NCBI RefSeq assembly: GCF_000619845.1 | Contig: NZ_JHUX01000003.1 | Location: 1,390,064-1,422,063, forward strand | DNA from: Alkanindiges illinoisensis DSM 15370 | Lineage (GTDB): Bacteria > Pseudomonadota > Gammaproteobacteria > Pseudomonadales > Moraxellaceae | Direction of reading: 5' to 3' | DNA: 32,000 nucleotides | Part shown: in pieces, positions 1 through 8,732 of the stretch | Position numbering within the stretch: position 1 is the stretch's first letter | Layout of the letters: every line of letters starts with the position of its first letter | The notes under the pieces: model-generated | Databases searched by the model: none | The model's input: the letters and a program-made list of their open reading frames with translations, nothing else | Told to the model about the DNA's origin: nothing | Made by a program: the position numbers and the translations under genes

Positions 1-2
1 TC

Positions 3-1121
3 AATCGTGTGCTTAAAAAGCAGGCCAATGCGCTGGATTTTCAGGCCATTAAACTGGTTGGACATTTTACCAGCATGCTGGCAGCTGGCAGCAGCTCGGA
101 ACTTTACTGGCATGCGGTTAATACTGCCTTTACGGATCTGCAAAGCTGCAAGCTCAATGATGTTCGTCTGCGTACCCTGATTTTAATTGAACGTAACCTG
201 CAAAAATTTATTGGCAATACAGCGGCCTTTGTTCCTACCGAGCAGGATATTGCAGATGCCCTGACCTTAAGCGCCTGCCGTGACCATGAAGAAGCTGATG
301 AATTGCGCCAGCAACTGGGCCTCAATGAGTATCTGATTAGTGATGCGCAGGCCGGTTTGCTCGGCCGTTATTTGCATGGCCCGGACAGTGCGACCATTCA
401 TGTCACCACTGAACTGATGCAGCAGGAAATTACCGATATCAAAAACAAGATCGACAGCATGCAGCATGGCGACAGCATTGACAGCAGTTTTCCAGCCATT
501 GGCGAACAACTGCACCAACTGGCCAATGCCCTGAACCTACTCAATCTGGGTGAAGCCAGTACTCTGCTTGCCTATCAGGCCAATCAGGTTGCAGCTTGGC
601 AGGATCTGACCAACCTTGAAGATGTTAATAACCTGATGGATGCCCTGCTCTATGCAGGCAATGCCCTGACTGTGCTGGATCGCTCGTATATTGCTGGCAC
701 CAGCAAGCTGCCTTTCCATAATCTGCATATTTCCCTGCATCAACTGGAAGAAGCCGGTGAAACCCTGATCAAGGAAAGCCGTGAAGCCCTGAATATGAGC
801 ATGCGCGCACTCACGTCTTATCTTGAAACCAAAGACCTGTTGCATATGAATAATGTACCTGCAATGTTTGAAACCATTGCCGGTGCCTTATTATTTATGA
901 ATGCAACAGCAGGCCGCGATATGCTCAAGCAGGCCGCTCAATATGTAGAACGTGCTTTTGCACCAGACCAAAGTACGCCTCCGGATAGCCATCACATCAA
1001 TTTGCTGGCCAATGTCATGGTGAGTGTGGATCATTATCTTGATAGTCTGGAACAGCAAAAACCGCTGGGTATCCGTCCTTTTGAGATTGGCCTGAAAAGT
1101 GTTCAGGAACTAGCTGCCTGA
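3..1121 (+). CDS. hypothetical alpha-helical protein, 5' end cut by the window edge (speculatively a FimL/ChpA-N-terminus-like scaffold)
   Basis: The frame is open from the first in-frame codon (nt 3) to the TGA at 1119-1121. The track start at nt 9 is a GTG inside an already open frame, so the real start lies left of the window. The product is rich in Leu, Ala and Gln. Segments such as QLHQLANALNLLNLGEAS faintly recall degenerate Hpt-like repeats. The functional label is a guess. Confidence 0.6.
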   Translation, partial: NRVLKKQANALDFQAIKLVGHFTSMLAAGSSSELYWHAVNTAFTDLQSCKLNDVRLRTLILIERNLQKFIGNTAAFVPTEQDIADALTLSACRDHEEADELRQQLGLNEYLISDAQAGLLGRYLHGPDSATIHVTTELMQQEITDIKNKIDSMQHGDSIDSSFPAIGEQLHQLANALNLLNLGEASTLLAYQANQVAAWQDLTNLEDVNNLMDALLYAGNALTVLDRSYIAGTSKLPFHNLHISLHQLEEAGETLIKESREALNMSMRALTSYLETKDLLHMNNVPAMFETIAGALLFMNATAGRDMLKQAAQYVERAFAPDQSTPPDSHHINLLANVMVSVDHYLDSLEQQKPLGIRPFEIGLKSVQELAA

Positions 1122-1167
1122 ATATAGATTTAAGCTAACCATACCAACCTCATGATATAGGGTCACT

Positions 1168-2019
1168 GTGATGCAAAGCACCATCTTGCCGGATAATCTG
1201 ACTGCTGCTGGCCATGTGTCTGAGCAGACGGCTTCTACAGATGGGGCTACACATGGACTGCCAACCGTCATAGCCTATATCTTAAAAGATAATGCCTTGC
1301 TGGTTGATGAACAACTGGAATTGCCTCGCCTGCCTGCGCATCCAGAAGATATTGTGGTTAGTGTAGGGTCTGAGCAAAATGGCCAGCGGGTGGTAGCACG
1401 CCCTGTGAAAGAGGCTCATAAAATTCCGGCAGGCTACCAGTTTGTGCCAGTGCGTCAACTGGTTAGCCACTGGACCGTTGCACAGTTCGAGCAGACCAGC
1501 CGCGCCATGCAGCTACTGGAATGGAAGCGTAACCATCAGTTTTGCAGTCGCTGTGGTCACAAGGCCGTCGCCCATGCCAAAGAACATTGCATGACCTGTA
1601 CTGCCTGTGGTTATTCACAGTATCCCCGCATTAATCCCTGTGTCATTATTGCCATTACCAAGGGCACACAGATCTTGCTGGCTCGCTCTGCCCAACGGCA
1701 TACCAGCATGTATGGCCTGATTGCCGGTTTTGTAGAAGTGGGTGAAACCCTGGAACAGGCCGTTGCGCGGGAAACCCTGGAAGAGGTTGGAATTCGGTTA
1801 AAAAATATTCAATACATGGCGAGCCAGCCATGGCCATTTCCCAGCAACCTGATGCTGGCATTCAAGGCTGAATATGCCGATGGTGAGCTACTGCTTCAGG
1901 ATGAGGAAATTGCTGAAGCCGCTTTCTTTGATTTTAATCAGCTGCCAACCATTCCGCCCAAAGGCAGCATTGCCTACTGGATGATTGAACAAGTCACCCA
2001 GCAAGCGTTTACCATCTAG
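1168..2019 (+). CDS. nudC: NADH pyrophosphatase (Nudix hydrolase NudC)
   Basis: Zn-ribbon Cys pairs are present (FCSRCGH ... MTCTACGY). The Nudix box is GFVEVGETLEQAVARETLEEVGI. The NudC-type SQPWPFPxS motif is present as ASQPWPFPSNL. GTG at 1168 is followed directly by ATG at 1171, and either could be the start. Confidence 0.9.
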   Translation: MMQSTILPDNLTAAGHVSEQTASTDGATHGLPTVIAYILKDNALLVDEQLELPRLPAHPEDIVVSVGSEQNGQRVVARPVKEAHKIPAGYQFVPVRQLVSHWTVAQFEQTSRAMQLLEWKRNHQFCSRCGHKAVAHAKEHCMTCTACGYSQYPRINPCVIIAITKGTQILLARSAQRHTSMYGLIAGFVEVGETLEQAVARETLEEVGIRLKNIQYMASQPWPFPSNLMLAFKAEYADGELLLQDEEIAEAAFFDFNQLPTIPPKGSIAYWMIEQVTQQAFTI

Positions 2020-2056
2020 TTTCACTTTAAAAATTCAGATTTAACCTTTTGTCAGG

Positions 2057-3424
2057 TTATTCACCGGTTGGATAGGTTTCCGGTAAATCATCTTCCTGCT
2101 CTGTATCGGTCACGCTTTGCCGGTCCAGTGGATTTAATGCCTTGGTTTTATCAATATAAATGAGTGCATCATATTGCTGATCCAGCCGGGTTTTTAAATA
2201 ATGACTCCAGCGCTCGGTTGCAGGTGCATAAATTACCCCAATGTAGCGTTCCAGCCGCTCCTTACTTAATAGCGCTGCATCTGGCTTTTCTTTTTGTTGC
2301 TGGGCTTGCAAGTTAATCCAGAATTTTTCCACACCCGCCTGCTGGCACACCTGATGTAACAGCGCTTCATGGCTATCAGGCAAACCGGGGCGAACTGCTT
2401 TACGAATGCCTGGACTATCCCAGTCATCAGCCGCAAAAACCTCTCCCTGATAAGTACTAAACCCAATAATAAAGGTTTTGTCTGGATACCGTTCACGCAT
2501 TAACTGGCCAACATTGACCTGATCACGCTGGCCCACTTCAGTGGCGCGGGCATCGCCCAAATGTGAGTTATGCGCCCAGACTATAATTTTCGCGGGCTGT
2601 CCCTGTTCAACCTGATGCGCCGCAAGGGCATCAATCGTATCCACCATATGCGTATCACGCAGATTCCAGGAATTATCACGGCCACGGAACATGGCGCGGT
2701 AATAACGCTCTGCATCTACTGCTAAGCGTGCATTTTGCTCGGCATAAAAATGCTCATCTTCCGCTAGCATGCCTTCATTGTTAACCAGCGCATCTTCCTG
2801 ATGGCGAAGCTCCATCAACTGGGCAATGACCGCATCCTCACAGGGTTCTGCCACCCCATAAACGGTTGCCATGCCGTAGGTCTGTGGTTCCTTGCCAAAA
2901 GAATCAAAACAGCTATACCGTGCCCGGGCGCGATGGGCAGCTTCCGGGTCTACACTGTCAAGATATTCAATCACTGCGCCCATGGAACGATGCAGGCTAT
3001 ATAAATCCATGCCATAAAACCCAGCCTGAATCTGGCCTTGCAGTTGGGCTTTGTGGTTATATTTGCGCAACCACTCAACAAACTGTAGCACCACATCATT
3101 ACGCCACATCCAGCGCGGAAAACGCTTAAAATCACTTAAGGCAGTTTGTGCGTTGGGGTCTTTCCCCTGCCCGCGTACATAACGGTTAACCCGGTAAGCA
3201 TCCGGCCAGTCTGCTTCTACCACCACAGCGCTAAAGTTTTTTTCTTCAATCAGGCGACGGGTAATCCGCGCACGTTCCTGATAAAACTCCTGCGTACCAT
3301 GCGATGCCTCGCCAATCAATACAAGCTGGGCATCACCAATTTGTTCAAATAACTGGTCATCTTCGGCAGCACTGCCGGAAAGTGAATGAGTGATGGCCTG
3401 TAACTGGTGCAGGTGGCTGGTCAT
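2057..3424 (-). CDS. erythromycin esterase family (Ere-like) protein
   Basis: The N-terminal signature LVLIGEASHGTQEFYQERARITRRLIEEKNFSAVVVEADWPDAYRVNRYVRG and the overall length of 455 aa fit the Ere/Bcr136-like family. Substrate cannot be inferred from the sequence. Confidence 0.75.
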   Translation of the reverse strand: MTSHLHQLQAITHSLSGSAAEDDQLFEQIGDAQLVLIGEASHGTQEFYQERARITRRLIEEKNFSAVVVEADWPDAYRVNRYVRGQGKDPNAQTALSDFKRFPRWMWRNDVVLQFVEWLRKYNHKAQLQGQIQAGFYGMDLYSLHRSMGAVIEYLDSVDPEAAHRARARYSCFDSFGKEPQTYGMATVYGVAEPCEDAVIAQLMELRHQEDALVNNEGMLAEDEHFYAEQNARLAVDAERYYRAMFRGRDNSWNLRDTHMVDTIDALAAHQVEQGQPAKIIVWAHNSHLGDARATEVGQRDQVNVGQLMRERYPDKTFIIGFSTYQGEVFAADDWDSPGIRKAVRPGLPDSHEALLHQVCQQAGVEKFWINLQAQQQKEKPDAALLSKERLERYIGVIYAPATERWSHYLKTRLDQQYDALIYIDKTKALNPLDRQSVTDTEQEDDLPETYPTGE

Positions 3425-3703
3425 TGGTGTTCTCCCTGGGTCTGGTTCTTTTTTCGGATCAGGCGAATGGTTATTGGGATTGCCTACCAGATATAGCGTA
3501 ATACTTATTTTTATAAGGGATATGACAAAACAGCAAAATAAGGGTTTTAACGTGGATTAGTCAATTTTTGCAACGAGGAATACTGCTTTGTAAAGCACAG
3601 TGTATGAAAATTATGGAAATGCAGCCTATAAAAGATGACTGCATAATAGGCTAACTTTAAATACAAATTGCAGAGACGTTTGGCCAAGCTATATAAGCAA
3701 GGT

Positions 3704-4723
3704 TTATGAATTCAGGGTTTTCGCCAGGTAATCCAGAATTTGCTGGCGTGTATCTTTGTACCATGTAAGCCGGCTAGCAACTGCTGCCATAATGGAAACA
3801 TGATTAGCCCCTTGCACAGTTTGTAGTTGTACCGGAATTTGTCTGGCTTGCAAGGCAGCCTGCATACGCTGTGCATTGACAGGATTGACGCGCTGGTCTT
3901 TGGAACCGACCAGCAACAAATGGGGCGGTGCATCGACCCTGACATGGCGATCCGGCATGACCTGATCTGGGGAAGCATTGGCCGGAAACGCATCGCGGGT
4001 ACTGTCAGTACGAAAATCATAACTATAAGGCCCTGCAATACCAACTACTGCCTTAATATGTGATACCGGCACATTGACTTCAGCCAGCCAGCGTGAATTA
4101 TCAACCGCCTCTACCACATTAAATGCCCCGGCAGAATGCCCCATCACCACAATTTGCTGCGGATTGCCCCCATAACGGGCAATATTCTGGTTAATCCATT
4201 GTATGGCCAGTGCGGTATCCTGCACGTAATCCGGATATTTGTGCGCAGGTGCCAGCCGGTAATTCATCACCACAGTGACATAGCCTGCGCGGGTAAAACT
4301 TTCACCCACAAACAGGTAATCATCCTTGCTGCCTTCTTCCCACGAACCACCATGTGCAAACAAAACTACAGGCCGTGGCTTGCTGTTGCTCACATGCAAC
4401 GGCTGGTAAACGTCCAGCTTTTGCCGTGAATCCTGACCATAGGCAATATTGTATTGGGCCGTAAAATCTTTGCGGGTAATCCCATTAAGGAAACCCACAC
4501 CGGAAAAAAATTGCGTTAATGAAGCCATGGATGAATGATTCTGGGAACTGGATGAACTAGCGGATGTCGTGTTATGCGAAGTATTCAGGGAAGAACAACT
4601 GCTACAGCCTAATAGCACGATACCAGCAACCATAAGCCACTTAGCTTGTGGGCCATGCTTTGTTTGCAGATCATGTTTTTGCAGGCCATGCTTTTGCAAA
4701 TTGCAGGCTAGTTTATCTGTCAT
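3704..4723 (-). CDS. alpha/beta-hydrolase fold esterase/lipase, predicted lipoprotein
   Basis: An HGG oxyanion motif (FAHGGSW) and a GxSxG nucleophile elbow (GHSAGA) are present. A lipobox LLGC follows a long N-region, and a Ser-rich linker follows the Cys. The SD-like AAGGGAAG lies about 8 nt upstream of the ATG at 4723. Confidence 0.8.
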   Translation of the reverse strand: MTDKLACNLQKHGLQKHDLQTKHGPQAKWLMVAGIVLLGCSSCSSLNTSHNTTSASSSSSQNHSSMASLTQFFSGVGFLNGITRKDFTAQYNIAYGQDSRQKLDVYQPLHVSNSKPRPVVLFAHGGSWEEGSKDDYLFVGESFTRAGYVTVVMNYRLAPAHKYPDYVQDTALAIQWINQNIARYGGNPQQIVVMGHSAGAFNVVEAVDNSRWLAEVNVPVSHIKAVVGIAGPYSYDFRTDSTRDAFPANASPDQVMPDRHVRVDAPPHLLLVGSKDQRVNPVNAQRMQAALQARQIPVQLQTVQGANHVSIMAAVASRLTWYKDTRQQILDYLAKTLNS

Positions 4724-4795
4724 GCCGTATTCTTCCCTTGGTTAAAAATGCGCCCTATTCAAAATCTGAAATATTGCATTCACTTCAAAATGCAG

Positions 4796-5584
4796 TTAGG
4801 GCGCTGACGTTTCATCAGTTTGATCCGGAGCAGCCTGTTCTGGATCAATCGCTACCGGGGTCTGATCAATTGTGGTGGTCGGGCTAGCCAATGGCGTGGT
4901 TGAAGCCGTTCGGGTCAAATTAGTGTTTAAGGTGCTGGCTGTAGCTGGTGTCGCTGACTGGGTTAAACCATTGCTTGAAGTTGCCACACCAGCATCACTC
5001 AACAAATCAATTAGTGATACCACTTTGACAATATTGGGTGTGCTTTGCAGAATATTGATCAATGCCTGATTTTCACTGGGCGTTAGTTTACCCATCACAT
5101 ACACCACGCCATCTTCAGTTTGCACCTTAACCTTGGTGTCTGAAATATCTGGCGAAGTAACCAGCATGCGGCGAATATTGGCAGTGACAATACTGTCCTG
5201 CACAATCGTGTTATACGGAATTTTTTCGCCAATCGTAATATAGTTATGTACAGTTTTTACATCAGACATGGCTCTAACATTGTCTTCTGCCAGTTGTTTT
5301 AAATATTGGTCACCCACTTGTCCGGTGAGCAATACAGCGCTATGAAAGCTGGCAATATTGATACGGGCATACTTAAAACGTTCATCCAGCTTATAGGTGT
5401 TGATTTTAGCAGTGCGTTCAATGGAATTATCATTTAACACCTGACTAAATGTCCGCACTCCACTATCTGTCCCCAAAGGTGCAGGCCCGGTGCTTTGCGC
5501 CAGAAAACTCGCACAACCGGACAATCCCACCAGTATCATGCCTGCCAAACCCATTTTTAGTCCCAGATAGCCAGACTTATTCAT
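4796..5584 (-). CDS. dolP: dual-BON-domain outer-membrane lipoprotein (DolP/YraP-like) with a long Ser/Thr/Pro/Ala-rich C-terminal tail
   Basis: It has a lipobox LSGC and two BON-like segments (NSIERTAKINTYKL... and DSIVTANIRRMLV...). It lies downstream of lpoA-yraN, as in the enterobacterial yraM-yraN-(diaA)-yraP cluster. I prefer the ATG at 5584 (SD AGGAA about 9 nt upstream) over the GTG at 5590 used by the track. Confidence 0.75.
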   Translation of the reverse strand: MNKSGYLGLKMGLAGMILVGLSGCASFLAQSTGPAPLGTDSGVRTFSQVLNDNSIERTAKINTYKLDERFKYARINIASFHSAVLLTGQVGDQYLKQLAEDNVRAMSDVKTVHNYITIGEKIPYNTIVQDSIVTANIRRMLVTSPDISDTKVKVQTEDGVVYVMGKLTPSENQALINILQSTPNIVKVVSLIDLLSDAGVATSSNGLTQSATPATASTLNTNLTRTASTTPLASPTTTIDQTPVAIDPEQAAPDQTDETSAP

Positions 5585-5787
5585 AAACACATTTCCTTAA
5601 GACAAGATCAATTCAAACTGACCGAGTGTAACTAATTTTAAAGCTGCTTTTGAATGACTATCAGCATTATTTAACAGTTTTCTCTATGTCCATGAATGGA
5701 TTATGAATGTGTTGCTGGGGCGATATTAAAATCAGGGGTTCTGCCCTATAAGTAAGTATTAGGATTGAAAAAGTCATATTGACCGCT

Positions 5788-6228
5788 TTAAGCACTGTCA
5801 AATGCAGCCTGAATCCATTCCAGCTCAAAAGGCACAGGTGCACTGTGCCCAGCAGCTTTCGCCAAGACAGGCTGCTTTTTAGAGGAAGGTACAGGCTTTG
5901 AAGTTAGGGCAATCACATCAAAACGGCAATCATTGTTATAGTATTGCTGGTGCTGTTGCAGAAATCCCTGCGCTGCCCTGATAATTTTACGCTGCTTGGC
6001 CAAAGTTATACTTTCCAGCGCGCTGACCAGACTATTGGCCTTACGCTGGCGCACTTCGACAAAGACCAACTGGTCAGCGCGCTGCACAATCAGGTCAATT
6101 TCGCCAAACCGAGTATTAAAATTCTGTGCCACCAGTTGATAACCCTGCTGCTGCAAGAAACTGGCGGCTGCATCTTCAGCCTGGGCACCCTGCTGATGCG
6201 TGGTACTACTGGAACGACCTACAGGCAT
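5788..6228 (-). CDS. yraN: YraN family (UPF0102) endonuclease-like protein
   Basis: The core AEDAAASFLQQQGYQLVAQNFNTRFGEIDLIV...LVFVEVRQR is typical of YraN/UPF0102. It sits between lpoA and dolP. Confidence 0.85.
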   Translation of the reverse strand: MPVGRSSSTTHQQGAQAEDAAASFLQQQGYQLVAQNFNTRFGEIDLIVQRADQLVFVEVRQRKANSLVSALESITLAKQRKIIRAAQGFLQQHQQYYNNDCRFDVIALTSKPVPSSKKQPVLAKAAGHSAPVPFELEWIQAAFDSA

Positions 6229-6282
6229 GGATCAATCATCATTTTCTGGGCTATTTAAACAAGCTGCAAACACAGGCTTTGG

Positions 6283-7338
6283 CTAATTAAAACTCAGACC
6301 GGTATTTTCCACCTTCATACACTGGGGATAGCGGTCTATGGTATTTTTTACAATCCGGATCGTTCCCGTGCGGCCATGAATAGTCTGACCCTGCTGCGTG
6401 TCTGGCTGTTTACCTGACGTATTATTTAAAATGATACTGGCAATATTCCAGGTATCGCCGCCAAAAGCCAGCAAGCGCTGATAGGGTACACTGGTGGGCT
6501 TGTCCTGATACGCCTTCAACAATTCTGGCCAGTCTGCTTTATACAGGGCAGGTATATCACAAAATTGCAGCCCTACTGGCAGGCTGGCATTTTCCTTGAT
6601 GGCCAGCGGCACCGTATAAATTTTTTCATTGGGCAGCTTTTTAAGCTGGTTCAGCCAGTCATAATCACCCAGCAGTAAAATGCCCTGTTGCGGTTCCAGC
6701 TTGCGCGGTACATTATTGCTGTCTACCAGCTTACCACCCCAGATACGATTCATGGCTTCACGAAAACGCTTGGTACTGCTGCTTTGGTTATCCTGTGTTA
6801 GCACAAATAGCTGGCTGATCCCATCAGTCTGAATTCGCTTGGTAATGGCCAGCGCATCTTCATCGGGTGACAGGGCAAACTGCCAGATATTTGGTTCGGT
6901 TTTATAAACCTGATTTAGCGCCAGTGTTTTAACCGCTGGTTTGGCCTGTACCAGTGCTTCCACTTCATTACGCGCCAATGGGCCAATAATCAGCTGGGTG
7001 TTTTTTTTAACCTCAGTTTTTAAAATATCCGTAATGGCACGCTGGCTATTGTCTACAAAACGCAGCACTGGTCTGGAATTTCCGGCATAATAGGCGGCTT
7101 CTATTCCATCCCGTACACTACTGGCTGCCACTGACATCGGGCCACTGGCGGGCAAAATAATGAGTACTTCAGCCTGTGATGGCTGTACTGGTGTCTTAAG
7201 TAGCGGTGCCTTGACCACTGGCTGAGGCTTTGCTTGCGATGGTACTTTTGGCTGTGGCTGGGCCTGTACTGATGACAGCAGCAAAGGCAACGCAGTTAGC
7301 CCCAATCCCGTCAATCGATTTAATATTTTTCTATACAT
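6283..7338 (-). CDS. lpoA: penicillin-binding protein activator LpoA-family protein, short form (C-terminal periplasmic-binding-like domain only)
   Basis: It is divergent from rsmI and upstream of yraN, which is the conserved position. A signal peptide is followed by a Pro/Gln-rich linker and then an LppC/LpoA-like domain. At 351 aa it has no N-terminal TPR-like half and no lipobox Cys. Confidence 0.65.
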   Translation of the reverse strand: MYRKILNRLTGLGLTALPLLLSSVQAQPQPKVPSQAKPQPVVKAPLLKTPVQPSQAEVLIILPASGPMSVAASSVRDGIEAAYYAGNSRPVLRFVDNSQRAITDILKTEVKKNTQLIIGPLARNEVEALVQAKPAVKTLALNQVYKTEPNIWQFALSPDEDALAITKRIQTDGISQLFVLTQDNQSSSTKRFREAMNRIWGGKLVDSNNVPRKLEPQQGILLLGDYDWLNQLKKLPNEKIYTVPLAIKENASLPVGLQFCDIPALYKADWPELLKAYQDKPTSVPYQRLLAFGGDTWNIASIILNNTSGKQPDTQQGQTIHGRTGTIRIVKNTIDRYPQCMKVENTGLSFN

Positions 7339-7353
7339 GGAGAAGCCTTCCGC
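7339..7353. promoter_or_regulatory. 15-nt head-to-head spacer between the lpoA and rsmI start codons, carrying both SD sequences
   Basis: The spacer is ggagaagccttccgc. GGAGAA lies 9 nt upstream of the rsmI ATG. Its near-complement GGAAGG lies about 8 nt upstream of the lpoA ATG on the other strand. Confidence 0.6.
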
Positions 7354-8190
7354 ATGAGTGCTTATTTATATGTGGTGGCAACGCCAATTGGTCACCTTGA
7401 AGATATTTCAGCGCGTGCAATTCAAGTACTGCGTGAGGTAGAACTTATTGCTGCTGAAGATACCCGGCACGCAACACGCTTAATGGATGCCTATCATATT
7501 ACAACTGCCCTTACTGCTTGCCATGAACATAACGAAAATCACAAAATCCCGGAAATTATATACAAAATTAAACAAGGCCAGTCGGTTGCACTGATCAGCG
7601 ATGCAGGAACACCCCTGATTAGCGATCCGGGTTTTAAACTGGTGCGTGCTGCCCATGATGAAAATATCCGGGTTATCCCGGTACCAGGTGCCTGTGCAGC
7701 CATTGCTGCCTTAAGTGCTGCTGGACTGCCCAGCGACCGCTTTAGTTTTGAAGGGTTTTTGCCAGCCAAAGCCCATGCTAGACAGCAAAAGCTGCAAGCC
7801 TTAAAAACTGCACCGCAAACCCTGATTTTCTATGAAGCACCGCACCGCATTCTGGATTGCGCGCAGGACATGCACGATATCTTTGGCCCAGAGCGTGGTG
7901 TTACTCTGGCTCGTGAAATTACCAAAACCTTTGAAACTATTAAAAAGACTACATTTGCTCACTTGGTAGAATGGATAAAAAATGACCCCAATCAGCAAAA
8001 GGGTGAGATTGTTCTGGTGGTGGCAGGTGCTCCGGAAACTGGCGAGCAGGATCAGCAAAAAGTCGATGCTTTATTAAAACGGTTATTACAGGATTTACCG
8101 GTTAAAACCGCCTCACAGCTTGCCGCAGATTTAACTGGCCTGAAAAAAAATGAACTCTACCAGCGTGCCTTACAGCTCAAAACAGAGTGA
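7354..8190 (+). CDS. rsmI: 16S rRNA (cytidine1402-2'-O)-methyltransferase RsmI
   Basis: The N-terminus LYVVATPIGHLEDISARAIQVLREVELIAAEDTRH is a tetrapyrrole-methylase-fold RsmI signature. The gene is divergent from lpoA. Confidence 0.92.
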   Translation: MSAYLYVVATPIGHLEDISARAIQVLREVELIAAEDTRHATRLMDAYHITTALTACHEHNENHKIPEIIYKIKQGQSVALISDAGTPLISDPGFKLVRAAHDENIRVIPVPGACAAIAALSAAGLPSDRFSFEGFLPAKAHARQQKLQALKTAPQTLIFYEAPHRILDCAQDMHDIFGPERGVTLAREITKTFETIKKTTFAHLVEWIKNDPNQQKGEIVLVVAGAPETGEQDQQKVDALLKRLLQDLPVKTASQLAADLTGLKKNELYQRALQLKTE

Positions 8191-8349
8191 ACCTGAAATC
8201 CTATACAATCAAAGGACTCAGTCGGTAGTAAGTAAAGCTTAATATGCAGGGTAAAATAGTAACACTGGTATAACATTTTTAATGCCGGATTGCTCCTTGG
8301 GTTTGGTAGTCTGGCAATGTTGCCTTATCAGATTAATGGATTAATACTC

Positions 8350-8721
8350 ATGAAAAAAACTACTTTTACCTTTGCCCTGTTTGGCATTGCCTTGCTCACT
8401 GGCTGCCAGTCCTCCCCGTCCCAATCCGGGGAAGGCAACCACCAACCGGTGTGGGTCGCCAAAGACCTGGGCTTGAAGCAATGTGAGCAGTCAGCGAGTA
8501 ATAATGCCCTCAACAAAACCCAGCAAAGTCTTGATCAGAATCAGGTGCAGGTATTAAACGCACATTGTGCAGATGATGGCATGATGCGCACACAGGTGTG
8601 TGGTGCCGTGCAAGGCAAGCTGGGTATTTATAAAATTGCTGCCTTCCAGCTGGAAAAAGCCCAATCGCTAGGTTTTAAACAGGTACAGGAAAACCAGTAC
8701 AAACAAGTGGCCTGCTCCTAA
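8350..8721 (+). CDS. small predicted lipoprotein with four further Cys residues, unknown function
   Basis: MKKTTFTFALFGIALLTGCQSS is a classical lipoprotein signal with a lipobox. The track start at 8290 is a TTG extension that would bury the signal peptide. Confidence 0.7.
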   Translation: MKKTTFTFALFGIALLTGCQSSPSQSGEGNHQPVWVAKDLGLKQCEQSASNNALNKTQQSLDQNQVQVLNAHCADDGMMRTQVCGAVQGKLGIYKIAAFQLEKAQSLGFKQVQENQYKQVACS

Positions 8722-8732
8722 AAAACTCGAAA

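Noticed and set aside
4640-4723. A degenerate tandem DNA repeat (catgctttgtttgcag / catgtttttgcag / catgcttttgcaaattgcag) at the 5' end of the esterase gene
   Set aside because: It is short and imperfect and sits inside the N-region of the signal peptide. It is probably slippage noise, so I noted it under the esterase rather than as a regulatory repeat.
8290-8349. N-terminal extensions proposed by the ORF track. They are TTG at 8290 for the lipoprotein, TTG at 24707 for dsbD, GTG at 16451 and GTG at 5590 for lipoproteins, and TTG at 9611 for folP.
   Set aside because: Internal ATG starts give canonical signal peptides and/or have better-spaced SD sequences. The extensions would bury the signal peptides.
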